From an uncultured beta proteobacterium (lineage in GTDB: Bacteria; Pseudomonadota; Gammaproteobacteria; Burkholderiales; SG8-39), in the NCBI GenBank assembly GCA_963820965.1, contig CAWGCC010000027.1, forward strand, positions 71,270 to 135,269: a DNA stretch of 64,000 nt, in the 5' to 3' direction. The notes beneath the pieces were generated by a model. The model was not told the DNA's origin and did not search any database. It was given only the letters and a program-made list of their open reading frames with translations. Below, in pieces: positions 42,293 through 51,712 of this stretch (the first letter of the stretch is position 1; each line of letters starts with the position of its first letter). Both the position numbers and the translations under genes were made by a program.

Positions 42293-43748
42293 GCTCGCCT
42301 CCCGGTCCGCGGCTCTCGCCGCCGCGTTCCTCGCCGCGTGCTCGTTCGCGCCGACGTACGAGCGGCCGGCGAACGAGCTGCCGGACGCCTGGCGCGGCGC
42401 GCCCGCGCAAGGCGCGTCGCTCGGCGCGCCGTCCGACCGGTGGTGGACGGTGTACGGCGACCCGACGCTGGACAAGCTCGTCGAGGAGGCGCTCGCCAAC
42501 AACCAGGACATCGCGCTCGCCGTGGCGCGGGTCGACGAGGCGCGCGCGCTCGTCGGGGTCTCCGAGTCGCAGCTCTGGCCGTCGATCGACGGCAACGCCG
42601 GCGCGAACCGCAGCCGTGCTTCCTCGCGGACCGACCTGTTCTTCCCCGGTGTTCCGGTGTACCGCACGAACTACCGGGCGACGCTCGACATGTCCTACGA
42701 GATCGACTTCTGGGGACGGATCCGCAACGCCAACGCGGCCGCGCGGGCCGACCTCCTGGCGACCGAAGGCGCGCGCGACACGGTGCGGATCACGCTGGCG
42801 ACGGACGTGGTGCAGTCGTACTACGCGCTGCGGTCGCTGGACGAGCAGGTCACCGCGACCGAGCGATCGCTCGACCTCCGCGCGCGCGCGCTCGATCTGC
42901 AGCGTAAACGCGCCGACGCGGGCCTGATCGCCGAGCTCGACGTGCGCCAGATCGAGGCCGAGGTCCAGGGCGCGCGAGCGCTGCTCCCGGCGCTGCAGCG
43001 GCAGCGCGACGCGGAAGAGGCGGCGCTCACCGTGCTGCTCGGGCGCAGCCCGCGCGCGATCATCCAGGAGACGACGGTGGTGCGTTCGCCGGACGACCCG
43101 CGCCAGCCGGCGCTCGTGGCGCCCTCGGGGCTACCCTCCGAGCTGCTGCTCCGGCGCCCCGACCTCTACCAGGCCGAGCAGCAGCTGATCGCCGCGAACG
43201 CCCGCATCGGCGTGGCGCGGGCGAACTTCTTTCCGCGCATCTCGCTCTTCGGCCTCGTCGGCACCGAGGCGGCGTCGCTCTCGGATCTCTTCACCGGGCC
43301 GGCCGGCATCTGGACCATCGGCGGCTCGCTCGCCCAGCCGATCTTCGAGGGCGGGCGCCTGCGCGCCGAGAACGAGGCGGCCGAGGCGCGCCAGCGGCAG
43401 GTGGTGGCGCAGTACCAGAAGACGATCCAGAACGCGTTCCGCGAGGTGCGGGACGCGCTGACGGCGCAAACGCGGACGCGCGAGGTCTACGAGGCCGAAG
43501 GCGCGCGCATCGTCGCGCTGCGCGAGGCATTCAAGCTTGCCGTGGCGCGCTACGAGGCCGGGCTCGAGAGCCAGCTCGCCGCGATCGACGCCGAACGGCT
43601 GCTGCTGCTCGCGGAGCTGAACCGGGCGGAAGCGCTGCGCCAGCAGCGCGCGGCCACGGCCGACCTCTTCCGCGCCCTCGGCGGCGGGTGGACGGTGCCG
43701 GCGGAGGCGACGCCGGCGGCGGTGTCGCAGGCGGAGCCGTCGAAGTAG
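42285..43748 (+). CDS. RND efflux outer-membrane factor lipoprotein (NodT/OprM family)
   Basis: 487 aa with lipobox AAFLAACSF. DRWWTVYGDPTLDKLVEEALANNQDIALA. Overlaps the pump gene by 8 nt. Confidence 0.9.
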   Translation: MRRLASRSAALAAAFLAACSFAPTYERPANELPDAWRGAPAQGASLGAPSDRWWTVYGDPTLDKLVEEALANNQDIALAVARVDEARALVGVSESQLWPSIDGNAGANRSRASSRTDLFFPGVPVYRTNYRATLDMSYEIDFWGRIRNANAAARADLLATEGARDTVRITLATDVVQSYYALRSLDEQVTATERSLDLRARALDLQRKRADAGLIAELDVRQIEAEVQGARALLPALQRQRDAEEAALTVLLGRSPRAIIQETTVVRSPDDPRQPALVAPSGLPSELLLRRPDLYQAEQQLIAANARIGVARANFFPRISLFGLVGTEAASLSDLFTGPAGIWTIGGSLAQPIFEGGRLRAENEAAEARQRQVVAQYQKTIQNAFREVRDALTAQTRTREVYEAEGARIVALREAFKLAVARYEAGLESQLAAIDAERLLLLAELNRAEALRQQRAATADLFRALGGGWTVPAEATPAAVSQAEPSK

Positions 43749-43777
43749 CCGGGGCCGGGGCTATACTCGCCCGGCCC

Positions 43778-44620
43778 ATGAGCGGTTATCGCACGATCGA
43801 AGTCCGGCGAATCGCCGGCGCGCTCGGCGCCGAGATCCACGGCGTCGACCTGGCGCGGGCGCTTCGCGGCGAGACCGTGGCCGAGATCCGGCGCGCGTTC
43901 CTCGAGCACCTGGTGATCTTCTTCCGCGACCAGACACTTACGCCGGCCGAGTTCATGGCGTTCGCGCGGCGGCTCGGGAAACCGATCGAGTACCCGTTCG
44001 TAAAGGGTATCGAGGGCTTCCCCGAGGTGATCGAGGTAAAGAAGCTCGAGCACGAGCGGCAGAACTTCGGCGGCATCTGGCACTCCGACACCGCTTACCT
44101 CGCGATCCCGCCGATGGGCTCGATGCTGCTCGCTCGCGAGGTCCCGCCGCACGGGGGCGACACCGAGTTCGCCAACCAGTATCTGGCCTACGAGACGCTA
44201 TCGCCGGGAATGAGGCGCCTGCTCGACAGCCTCGTCGCAGTGAACGCGTCGGCGAAGGCGGACGCGACGCGGACCCGCGAGGACCGCATCCGGACCGACG
44301 GCCGGAGCGACACGCGCGAGGAGTACGTGGCCGAGCACCCGGTCGTGCGGACGCATCCCGAGACCGGGCGCAAGGCGCTGTACGTGAATGTCGGGCACAC
44401 GGTGCGGTTCAAGGACATGAACGAGGCGGAGAGCGCGCCGCTGCTCGAGTTCCTGTTCCGCCACCAGGTGCGGCCGGAGCTCACCTGCCGGTTCCGCTGG
44501 GAGGTCGGCTCCCTCGCGTTCTGGGACAACCGCTGTGCGCAGCACAACCCGATCAACGACTACCACGGATTCCGGCGGCTGATGCACCGGATCACGTTGG
44601 CCGGCGACCCGCCGCGCTAG
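43778..44620 (+). CDS. TauD/TfdA-family Fe(II)/2-oxoglutarate dioxygenase
   Basis: 280 aa from MSGYRTIEVRRIAGALGAEIHGVDL. HxD motif in GGIWHSDTAYL. C-terminal FWDNRCAQHNPINDY. Confidence 0.85.
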   Translation: MSGYRTIEVRRIAGALGAEIHGVDLARALRGETVAEIRRAFLEHLVIFFRDQTLTPAEFMAFARRLGKPIEYPFVKGIEGFPEVIEVKKLEHERQNFGGIWHSDTAYLAIPPMGSMLLAREVPPHGGDTEFANQYLAYETLSPGMRRLLDSLVAVNASAKADATRTREDRIRTDGRSDTREEYVAEHPVVRTHPETGRKALYVNVGHTVRFKDMNEAESAPLLEFLFRHQVRPELTCRFRWEVGSLAFWDNRCAQHNPINDYHGFRRLMHRITLAGDPPR

Positions 44621-44633
44621 CGCGCCGGCGCGA

Positions 44634-44849
44634 TCAGCGGCCGTTCCAGGCGCTCGGCGTTGCGCCGAGCGCGCCGCGCATCAGGGCGGAACTGATGCCG
44701 TCGAGCGTATGGGCGGCGACGAAGCCGTGCGCCCACTGCGCGGCGAAGCGCGGGTGGACCTGCGCGAAGGGATTGTCCTGAATCGAGAATCCGGCTGAGG
44801 CCATGCGGCGCCCCAGGTCGAACGCTTTGCGTTCCTGCTCGGCGAACAC
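44634..44849 (-). CDS. Small Rmf/CrpP-like protein (71 aa, GTG start)
   Basis: Only the last 71 codons of the 267-aa track ORF look protein-like: (V)FAEQERKAFDLGRRMASAGFSIQDNPFAQVHPRFAAQWAHGFVAAH. AGAGGGGG lies ~8 nt upstream of the GTG at 44849. Confidence 0.45.
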   Translation of the reverse strand: MFAEQERKAFDLGRRMASAGFSIQDNPFAQVHPRFAAQWAHGFVAAHTLDGISSALMRGALGATPSAWNGR

Positions 44850-45085
44850 TTTCCGTGCCCCCTCTTTGTTGACTGCTCGATTGCGCGTTTGATTATGACT
44901 GAAGCATATCGGGGGGCGTCCCGGGCGTTTGCAAACAATTGTCAAGACTGGGGGAACGCCGCGCGGCGAGTCGGCCGGCGGCCGGATCCGGTGGCAATGC
45001 ACTCTCTTCGTGCCGCCGAGCGAGCCGCCGGAGCCCGCGGCGCTGCCTGCCCGGCGGGGCCAGGCCGGATCCCGCCGAAGGCGCC

Positions 45086-45700
45086 CTAGGAGGCGACCGC
45101 CGGCCTCGGCCGCATCGTGCCGATGAAGAAGAAGAGCAGGTAGACGTAGGCGGCGAACCGCCAGTCGAGCGCCGCGAGAGCGATCGCTGTGCCGACGATG
45201 CAGAAGGCGAGAAGATAGCGGTTGCGCACGATGCGCCAGCGCTCGGCCGCTTCGCGCTCGGAAATGTCCGTCAGGTAGAGCAACGCGCGTCGCCACATCA
45301 GGCACTGCGCCGCGAGGATCAGCGCGAGGTTCACGCCGTAGACGACCGGCGCGTCGTCCAGATCGCGGTGCTCGCCCATGAGCGAGGTGGTGAACGGCAC
45401 GAACGTGATGAACAGGATGAACAGCAGGTTGCGCCACAGGAACACATAATCCACACCGCGCACGACGTGGGTCAGCCGGTGGTGGCCGAGCCAGAAGACG
45501 CAGAGCACGAGGAAGCTGATGATGTAGCTCTCCAGCTTCGGCAGCAGCGCGAGGAGGCTCGCACGCAGCGCCTCGCTGTCGAGCTCGCCGAGCGTCTGCG
45601 GCAGTTTGAGATCGAGCACGAGCAGCGTCATCGCGACCGCGAAGATGCCGTCGGTGAGCGCCTCAATCCGGCCCTTGCTCGGCAAGCCGATGTCGGCCAT
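45086..45700 (-). CDS. TMEM175/DUF1211-family putative potassium channel
   Basis: 204 aa from MADIGLPSKGRIEALTDGIFAVAMTLLVLDLKLP, which is the R..(A/F)(S/T)DG.FA.A.TLLVL signature. Six hydrophobic helices. Confidence 0.75.
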   Translation of the reverse strand: MADIGLPSKGRIEALTDGIFAVAMTLLVLDLKLPQTLGELDSEALRASLLALLPKLESYIISFLVLCVFWLGHHRLTHVVRGVDYVFLWRNLLFILFITFVPFTTSLMGEHRDLDDAPVVYGVNLALILAAQCLMWRRALLYLTDISEREAAERWRIVRNRYLLAFCIVGTAIALAALDWRFAAYVYLLFFFIGTMRPRPAVAS

Positions 45701-45722
45701 TGCGCACCCGTGCCGCGCGTGT

Positions 45723-46427
45723 CTAGCGCGCGAGCCTTCGCCGCTCGCGCAGCCGTGCCCGCTTCTGCGCCCAACGGCGGCGCACGCGCGCCGGCGGCTG
45801 GTGGTCGCGCAGCTTCTGCGCGCGGCGCTCCAGGCGATCGCGTGTCCGGAGCGACCGCTCATGACGCTTCGCGAGCAGCGGATAGTGGCGGAGCGCGTCG
45901 AGCTTCTCGGCCACCACCCAGCAGTTCGCGCCGTTCGTGACCCAGAGCTTCGGCGCGATCGTACGGAGATCCAGGACGCGCGAGTAGCGGCGCAGCGTCT
46001 TCTCCCCGCGCCGGTTGGCGTACTCGTGGAAGTAGCTCATGGCGAGCTCGCGCAAGGAACGATACACCGGATCGCGGTAGCGCAGCGGCACGTGGTTGGT
46101 CTTCGAGATCGCGCCCCAGCGGCCGTTGCGGCGGAAAACGGCGACGACGTGATCGTAGTCGCGCACCGCCTCGAGATCGAGGAGCAGCGGCCGCTCGCCG
46201 TTGATCCAGAGCGCCACCGCGGCGACCATTGCACCCTCGATGCAGTGCGCGCGGCGCTGGCGAAGCACCTCCCGCACCGAGAGGACGGTATCGCCGTCGG
46301 GCTCGAAGTTCGCCGGAATCGCGTTGACGAACGCCTGGATCTTCTCCGGCCCGTCGAGCCGCGCGAGCGCGCGGAACTCGGCCGGGGTCAGGCCGAGATC
46401 GTGGCGGGTGGCGGGGCGGTTCGACAT
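45723..46427 (-). CDS. Conserved hypothetical protein with a Cys...His...Asp pattern suggestive of a transglutaminase/cysteine-peptidase-like fold
   Basis: 234 aa from MSNRPATRHDLGLTPAEFRAL. RRAHCIEGAMVAAVAL and VRDYDHVVAVFRRNGRWGAISK, then a basic Arg-rich tail. The fold assignment is inference only. Confidence 0.55.
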   Translation of the reverse strand: MSNRPATRHDLGLTPAEFRALARLDGPEKIQAFVNAIPANFEPDGDTVLSVREVLRQRRAHCIEGAMVAAVALWINGERPLLLDLEAVRDYDHVVAVFRRNGRWGAISKTNHVPLRYRDPVYRSLRELAMSYFHEYANRRGEKTLRRYSRVLDLRTIAPKLWVTNGANCWVVAEKLDALRHYPLLAKRHERSLRTRDRLERRAQKLRDHQPPARVRRRWAQKRARLRERRRLAR

Positions 46428-46588
46428 GGGCAAAAAAGCCGCCGCGATGATACGCGAGCGACGCTCGCCTGTCGGGCTGCGGTGACGGGCGCCGGCTGGG
46501 GCGTCCGGTCCTTGACACGTCAGGCGCGAGAAAAGCGGACCTCTGCCGCAGCCGATGCCGCCCTGCCTCTGCGATAATCCTTGCCCCC

Positions 46589-47884
46589 ATGTCATCTCAG
46601 CGCCTCGCCGCCGTCTGCGTTTTCGTTCCCGGCCTCGCCCTGGCCGCGGACCTCGGGAGGCTGACGGTCCAATCGGGTGCGGGCGAGCCGATGCGGGCGG
46701 AGGTCGAAATCCACTCGGTGCGACCAGGCGAGGCGGCTACGCTCGCCGCGCGCATCCCCCCGCCGCAGGTGTTCTGGCGCGCGAACCTCGAGCCGTCACC
46801 GACGCTCGATCGCCTGCGGGTCGCGGTGGAGCGGCGCCCGGGCAACCGCCTGGTGGTCGCGATCCGATCGAACGAGCCGATCGACGAGCCGTTCATCCAG
46901 CTGCTCGTCGAGCTCGCGTCCGGGACCGGCAGCGTCGTGCGCGAGTACCCGTTCCTGCTCGAGGAGTCGCGCGCTCGCGGTCAGCGCGCGATCGCGGCCC
47001 CCGTGCCCCCGGCAGCCGAGCCGCCCCCGCAACGGACGCTGGCGCAAGCGGCGCCCGATCGCCCCGCCGGATACGTCGTCAAGCCGGGCGATACGCTCGG
47101 CACCATCGCGCAGGGCCGGCGCGTCGCCGGCGCATCGCTCGAGCAGATGGTGGTCGCGATGTACCAGGCGAACGAGCAGGCGTTCGTCGATGCCAATCTC
47201 AATCGCCTGCGTGCCGGCCGAACGCTCGCGATTCCTTCGGACGAGGCAGTGCGCGCGATCGACCCCGAGGAAGCGCGGCGGATCCTTCTCGGGCATCGGG
47301 CGGCCTACGAGGGGTACCTGCGCCAGGCCGCAGCCGGCGCGCCTCCAGACGCGGGCCGCCGCGTCGAGGCGCCACCGCCGCCCACGCCGAAAACCGAGCG
47401 CGACCGGTTGCGCGTGTCGAGCGCGGAATCGCCGAAAGCAGGGGCGAGCTCCGCCACGACCGCGCGCGAGGACGATGTCGCTTCGGTCCAGCGCGCCCTC
47501 GCCGAGGCGCAGGCGCGGATCGGCCTGCTCGAAAAGAATCTCGACGACGTGCGCAGGCTGGCCGCACTCAAGGATCACCATCTCGCGCGCATGGCGCGGC
47601 AGGCCCACGCGGCGATCGAAGCGGCGCCGCTGGCAGGCGACGCGGCTGCAGCCGGCGAGGCAGATTACGAGCGCGACGCCGTATCGCGGTTCCTCGGATA
47701 CTACGGCGGCTGGCTGGTACTCGGCTTCCTGCTCGGGTTTGCCTCGTGGGTCATGATGCCGCTGAAGACCGTGATGCTGTGGCGCAAGAAGCGCCGCAAG
47801 CGCGAGCGCGATCTGTGGAAGCGCAACCGACAGCGAGTGCGCCAGGCGGCCCGCGAGGCAGGGTTGCTGTCGACGTCAGTCTAG
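46589..47884 (+). CDS. FimV/HubP-like N-terminal-domain protein with LysM motif and C-terminal TM anchor
   Basis: 431 aa with a signal peptide. RLTVQSGAGEPMRAEVEI...EPFIQLLVELASGTGSVVREYPFLLE (FimV N-domain pattern). LysM-like YVVKPGDTLGTIAQ. TM segment GGWLVLGFLLGFASWVMMPL. Confidence 0.75.
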   Translation: MSSQRLAAVCVFVPGLALAADLGRLTVQSGAGEPMRAEVEIHSVRPGEAATLAARIPPPQVFWRANLEPSPTLDRLRVAVERRPGNRLVVAIRSNEPIDEPFIQLLVELASGTGSVVREYPFLLEESRARGQRAIAAPVPPAAEPPPQRTLAQAAPDRPAGYVVKPGDTLGTIAQGRRVAGASLEQMVVAMYQANEQAFVDANLNRLRAGRTLAIPSDEAVRAIDPEEARRILLGHRAAYEGYLRQAAAGAPPDAGRRVEAPPPPTPKTERDRLRVSSAESPKAGASSATTAREDDVASVQRALAEAQARIGLLEKNLDDVRRLAALKDHHLARMARQAHAAIEAAPLAGDAAAAGEADYERDAVSRFLGYYGGWLVLGFLLGFASWVMMPLKTVMLWRKKRRKRERDLWKRNRQRVRQAAREAGLLSTSV

Positions 47885-48256
47885 GCGCCGGCGCAGCCCA
47901 ACGTTCTCCCGCTCGCGCTCCACGACGCGTGCTCGGCGGGCGCCGATCTCGTCCTGATCGTCCTTGCGCGGGATACCCTGCGGGCAATCGGCATTCCAGG
48001 CCGCGATCTCGAACACGATCGCCCGCTCCACGCGGCGCTTGCCGCCGACCGGATTCGGGCGTGCGATCAGCCGGGAGTCGTTCTCGACCGTGCGCGCGCT
48101 GCGACACCGGCTGATGCGCGTTCGCGCCGCGCAATCCGTCAGGAAGACGAGCGCCTGCCCGATAGCTCATGTCGCCCGCTCGGCGTGCTGACGGTGCCGC
48201 ATCCCGCGTCGCGCTGTGCAGTCTAGAATCGCGCGGCCCTCGCGCCTCGTTCCGCA

Positions 48257-49601
48257 GTGACCGGAGACCTCGTCCGCGCCATCCTTCGCCTCGCCTGGCC
48301 GGTCTACATCGCGCAGATCGCGATCATGGCGAACGGCGTGATCGATACCGTGATGGCGGGGCACTACGGCACGGTCGATCTCGCGGCAGTGGGCATCGGC
48401 GCGAGCGTCTACGTGACGCTGTTCGTCACCTTGATGGGCGTGCTCTTTGCGCTGACGCCGATGGTCGCGCAGCTGCACGGCGCCGGACGCTACGCCGAGA
48501 TCGGCGAGGAGGTGCGGCAGAGCGCATGGCTCGCCCTCGGGCTTGCCGCGATCTCGATCGTGCTGGTGACTCACCCCGGGCCGCTGCTTGCGTTGAGCGA
48601 GCTCACTCCCGAGGTCGAGGCGAGGACCCGCGACTATCTCGCCGCGATGGCGTGGGCCGCGCCGGCGACGCTGCTGTCGCGCGTGTTCCAGGGGTTCTCG
48701 ACCGCCGTGTCCCGCCCGCGTGTCGTCATGGTGCTGAATCTCTGCGCGCTCGCGCTGAAGGTGCCGCTCAACTGGATCCTGATCTACGGCAAATTCGGGC
48801 TTCCGGAGCTCGGCGCCGCCGGCTGCGCGGTCGCAACCGCGGTGACCGCGTGGATCACCTGCGTCGCCGCCTGGTGGTGGTGCCGTGCCGGACGCGACTA
48901 CGCCCGCTACCGCGTGTTCGCGCGATGGTCATGGCCGCGGGCTGCTGCGCAGTGGCAGCTCCTCGCGCTCGGGGTGCCGATCGGCGCGGTGTTCTTCGTC
49001 GACGTCACGGCGTTCACGTTCATGGCGCTCTTCATTGCGCGGTTCGGCCCGGTCTACTCGGGTGCACACCAGATCGCCGCCAACCTCACCGCGCTTGCCT
49101 TCATGCTGCCGCTCGCGATCGGCAACGCGGCGCAGCGTGCTCGTCGCGCAGGCGATCGGCGCGCGCGAGCCCGGTCGCGCCCGGGCCACCGGCATCGCCG
49201 CGATCGCGCTGAGCCTCGCTTGCGGCCTCGTGGTGGGCGCGGCGATCTACCTCGCCGCCGAGCCGATCGTGCGGCTGTACACCGCGGACCGCGACGTGCA
49301 GCGGCTCGCGGTCGGACTGCTCGCGTTCGTTGCCCTCTATCACGTGTTCGACGCCGTTCAGGCGGCGGCGGTGCAAGTCCTGCGCGGCTACAGGCGGGCG
49401 GGCGCGCCGATGCTGATCTACGGCTTTGCGCTCTGGGGGATCGCCCTCGGCGGCGGCTATGCCCTCGGTATCGTCGGGGTCGGTGTCGGGGCGCCGATGG
49501 CCGCGAGCGGGTTCTGGCTGGCGGCGCTCGTCGGAATGGCGCTGACCGCAGCGCTCGTCAGCGTTTACTTCCTGCGCGTGAGCCGCGAGCCGCTTCCGTA
49601 G
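48257..49601 (+). pseudogene. MATE-family efflux transporter, one frameshift
   Basis: The N-terminal ~290 aa (LAWPVYIAQIAIMANGVIDTVMAGHYG...) continue in a second frame (SVLVAQAIGAREPGRARATGIAAIALS... to 49601). The break is a single extra base at ~49131 (gcggcgCagcgtg). Confidence 0.8.
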
Positions 49602-49958
49602 GGCCGCACCGCCTTCGCCCGCAACGCCGCGGCGAGGGCACCTCGCGCCCGCGGCGCCATGAGGTCGCGCGCGACTCCATGGCCTCGTCGGGCGCGCGCC
49701 AATACGCCATCGTCGCGCGGCGACCCTTGGCTTCGCAGGTGAAGGCCGCCGACCCGGCGCGCTAGAGCCCGGGCCGGTTGACGTCGTGCGACTTGACATA
49801 CCGCACGTCGTCGCCGCGATCAACCCGCACATCATGCCGTCACAGCAGAGGCCGCAGCCACCGAACATCTTCCGCGCGGCGACGCGGCCGGCGCCGCCGA
49901 GCAGCTCGATCGCGAAAGCGCGAAAACGGCGGTGGCTTTCATATCGCGCGCCGCGCAA
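49565..49958 (-). pseudogene. TfoX/Sxy N-terminal-domain protein remnant
   Basis: ARKMFGGCGLCCDGMMCGLIA, then a frame change to DDVRYVKSHDVNRPGL, an in-frame TAG (49762-49764), RAGSAAFTCEAKGRRATMAYWRAPDEAMES, and a further frame change to ...ALAAALRAKA. Confidence 0.65.
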
Positions 49959-50023
49959 CGGGCATATGATATCGACTCATCACGGGTCGAGCTTCGCACG
50001 GCCCAACGCATCCGGAGGTGCGC

Positions 50024-50941
50024 ATGCCGCACTCGCACACCCGCCACGCGCCGAAGCGCAGGCCGCCCGCTCTCCGTCGCACTTGGCTCTTCGTCGCTGG
50101 CGCCGACGCCGGCGCGCAAGCGGCGGCGCTCGACGCGCGGCCCGACGTGATCGTGCCCGATCTCGAGGATTTCACGCCGCCGCCGTTGCGCCCGCGCGCG
50201 CGCGAGATGATCCTCGCGCTCCTCGAGAAGGCGCGCAAGCGCGGGATCGTCGCCGCGGTGCGCGTCAACCCGCTTGCGGCCGAGGGTCGGAACGACCTCG
50301 CGGTCGTGATCCAGGCGCGGCCCGACGCGGTCCTGCTGCCGAAGACCGTAGCCCAGGAGCAGATCGTCGAGCTCGACCGCGCAATCACCGACCACGAGCG
50401 GCGGCTTGCGATCCCGACCGGGAGCACCGAGATCGTGCCCAACGTCGAGACCGCAGCCGGACTGGTCGCCACCCACGCGATTGCGCGCGCCAGCAAGCGC
50501 GTCACAGCGTGCCTCGTCGCCTCCGAGGACATGGCGGCCGACCTCGGCGCGGAGCGGGCGCCCGACGGCGTCGAACTCGCCTACGTCCGCGGTCGCTTCC
50601 TCGTCGAGTGCGTGGCAGCGGGTGTGGTCGCGATCGACGCGCCTTATACGTTCAGTGACGTCGAGGGAGCGCGCGCCGAGACCATGCGGTCGCGGCGGCT
50701 AGGCTATCGCGCAAAGAGCGTGGTTGCGGCGGGGCACGTGGCGGCTGTGACGGATGTCCTCACGCCGAGCGCCGAGGCGGTCGAACGGGCCCGCCGGCTG
50801 GTCGAGGCGTTCGAGGCCGCCCGCGCCGGCGGGCGGGAGCGCGTCGAGCACGAGGGAGCGCTGGTCGAGATGCCGTCGTACCTGACCGCCAAGCGCCTGA
50901 TTTCGCGGGCCGAGGCGCTCTCCGGCTTCGCCGCGCACTAG
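50024..50941 (+). CDS. HpcH/HpaI-aldolase/CitE-family CoA-ester lyase
   Basis: 305 aa from the ATG at 50024, with GGAGG 5 nt upstream. LFVAGADAG..., DVIVPDLEDF, EIVPNVETAAGL, ASEDMAADLG. Confidence 0.8.
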   Translation: MPHSHTRHAPKRRPPALRRTWLFVAGADAGAQAAALDARPDVIVPDLEDFTPPPLRPRAREMILALLEKARKRGIVAAVRVNPLAAEGRNDLAVVIQARPDAVLLPKTVAQEQIVELDRAITDHERRLAIPTGSTEIVPNVETAAGLVATHAIARASKRVTACLVASEDMAADLGAERAPDGVELAYVRGRFLVECVAAGVVAIDAPYTFSDVEGARAETMRSRRLGYRAKSVVAAGHVAAVTDVLTPSAEAVERARRLVEAFEAARAGGRERVEHEGALVEMPSYLTAKRLISRAEALSGFAAH

Positions 50942-51174
50942 GCACGCAAGCACGCCGCCGCGATCGCAGCCAACGCAACGGCAAAGAGCGGGTTTTCCCC
51001 GCCGTGTTTGCGTGCTGCAGCCATCGTGACCGGTGAAAGTTCGCACGCGCGGGCCGATTGCCTTTTTCTTGCCAGAATCTTCCGGCACGCTTCCCCTTGC
51101 CGCGCCCGCCGGCGCCACAGCCGCAGCGCTTAATCGCCCGTAGCGGCGCGGGTCGCACAAACGGAAGAAGCGTG

Positions 51175-51333
51175 ATGATCGAAACAAAAGCCAATTCGTC
51201 GGCGCGCAGTCTGGGCGGCTGGGCGGTGCTCGCCGACTTCTCGGGACTGGTTATCAAGGCCTTGGCAGTCGGCGTCGCGGCGAGTGTCGCCGTGGGCGCG
51301 GTCGTCCTCATCGTCGCCAGCATCGGCGGATAG
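51175..51333 (+). CDS. Possible small membrane protein (52 aa)
   Basis: MIETKANSSARSLGGWAVLADFSGLVIKALAVGVAASVAVGAVVLIVASIGG, followed by an imperfect GC hairpin (51338-51372). The RBS is weak and I recognise no homology. Confidence 0.3.
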   Translation: MIETKANSSARSLGGWAVLADFSGLVIKALAVGVAASVAVGAVVLIVASIGG

Positions 51334-51712
51334 GAAGCCGGTCCCGCAGGAGGCTGCGGGCCGGTGGCTGAGGCGGGGCGCCTCCCCGGGGCGTCTCGAC
51401 GTGGCTGGCTCCCTCCAGGATTCCACGACGCGGCGCGCCGCCTTCTCGCGCCGGTCCCCAGTCCCCTGGCCCGCAGCTCCCTGAAGGACCGCACACAGAT
51501 CGGGGCTCGCGACCGCCGCCTGCCTCTCTGTCCCTCGGTGCCCTGCGGCGTCGCCGGTCAAGCTCGATCGGTACGGGTTTCACGCTCGCGAAGAGCGCGA
51601 GCACCACCCCGATCGCGACCATCGACCAGGCGACACGGGCGCTGGCGCGGCAGCGCCCCGTTACCGGCGCGCGCGCCGATCGCGTCCGGGACGATGACGT
51701 GGGATGGGGCTC

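Noticed and set aside
37784-42667. 1627-aa minus-strand ORF, the longest in the track
   Set aside because: It is exactly antisense to the well-supported RND adaptor, pump and OMF genes. Its translation is low-complexity and Arg/Asp/Glu/His-rich with no recognisable motifs. This is a typical stop-free shadow frame in high-GC DNA.
44929-44939. AT-rich 11-mer ttgcaaacaat shared with 61187-61197, both in promoter-like regions
   Set aside because: It is a single short match. I could not fit it to convincing -35/-10 spacing at either site, so it may be chance.
50939-51024. 28-aa minus-strand ORF (MAAARKHGGENPLFAVALAAIAAACLRA) overlapping the CitE-like stop codon
   Set aside because: It has no RBS, is very short, and has no support beyond being open.
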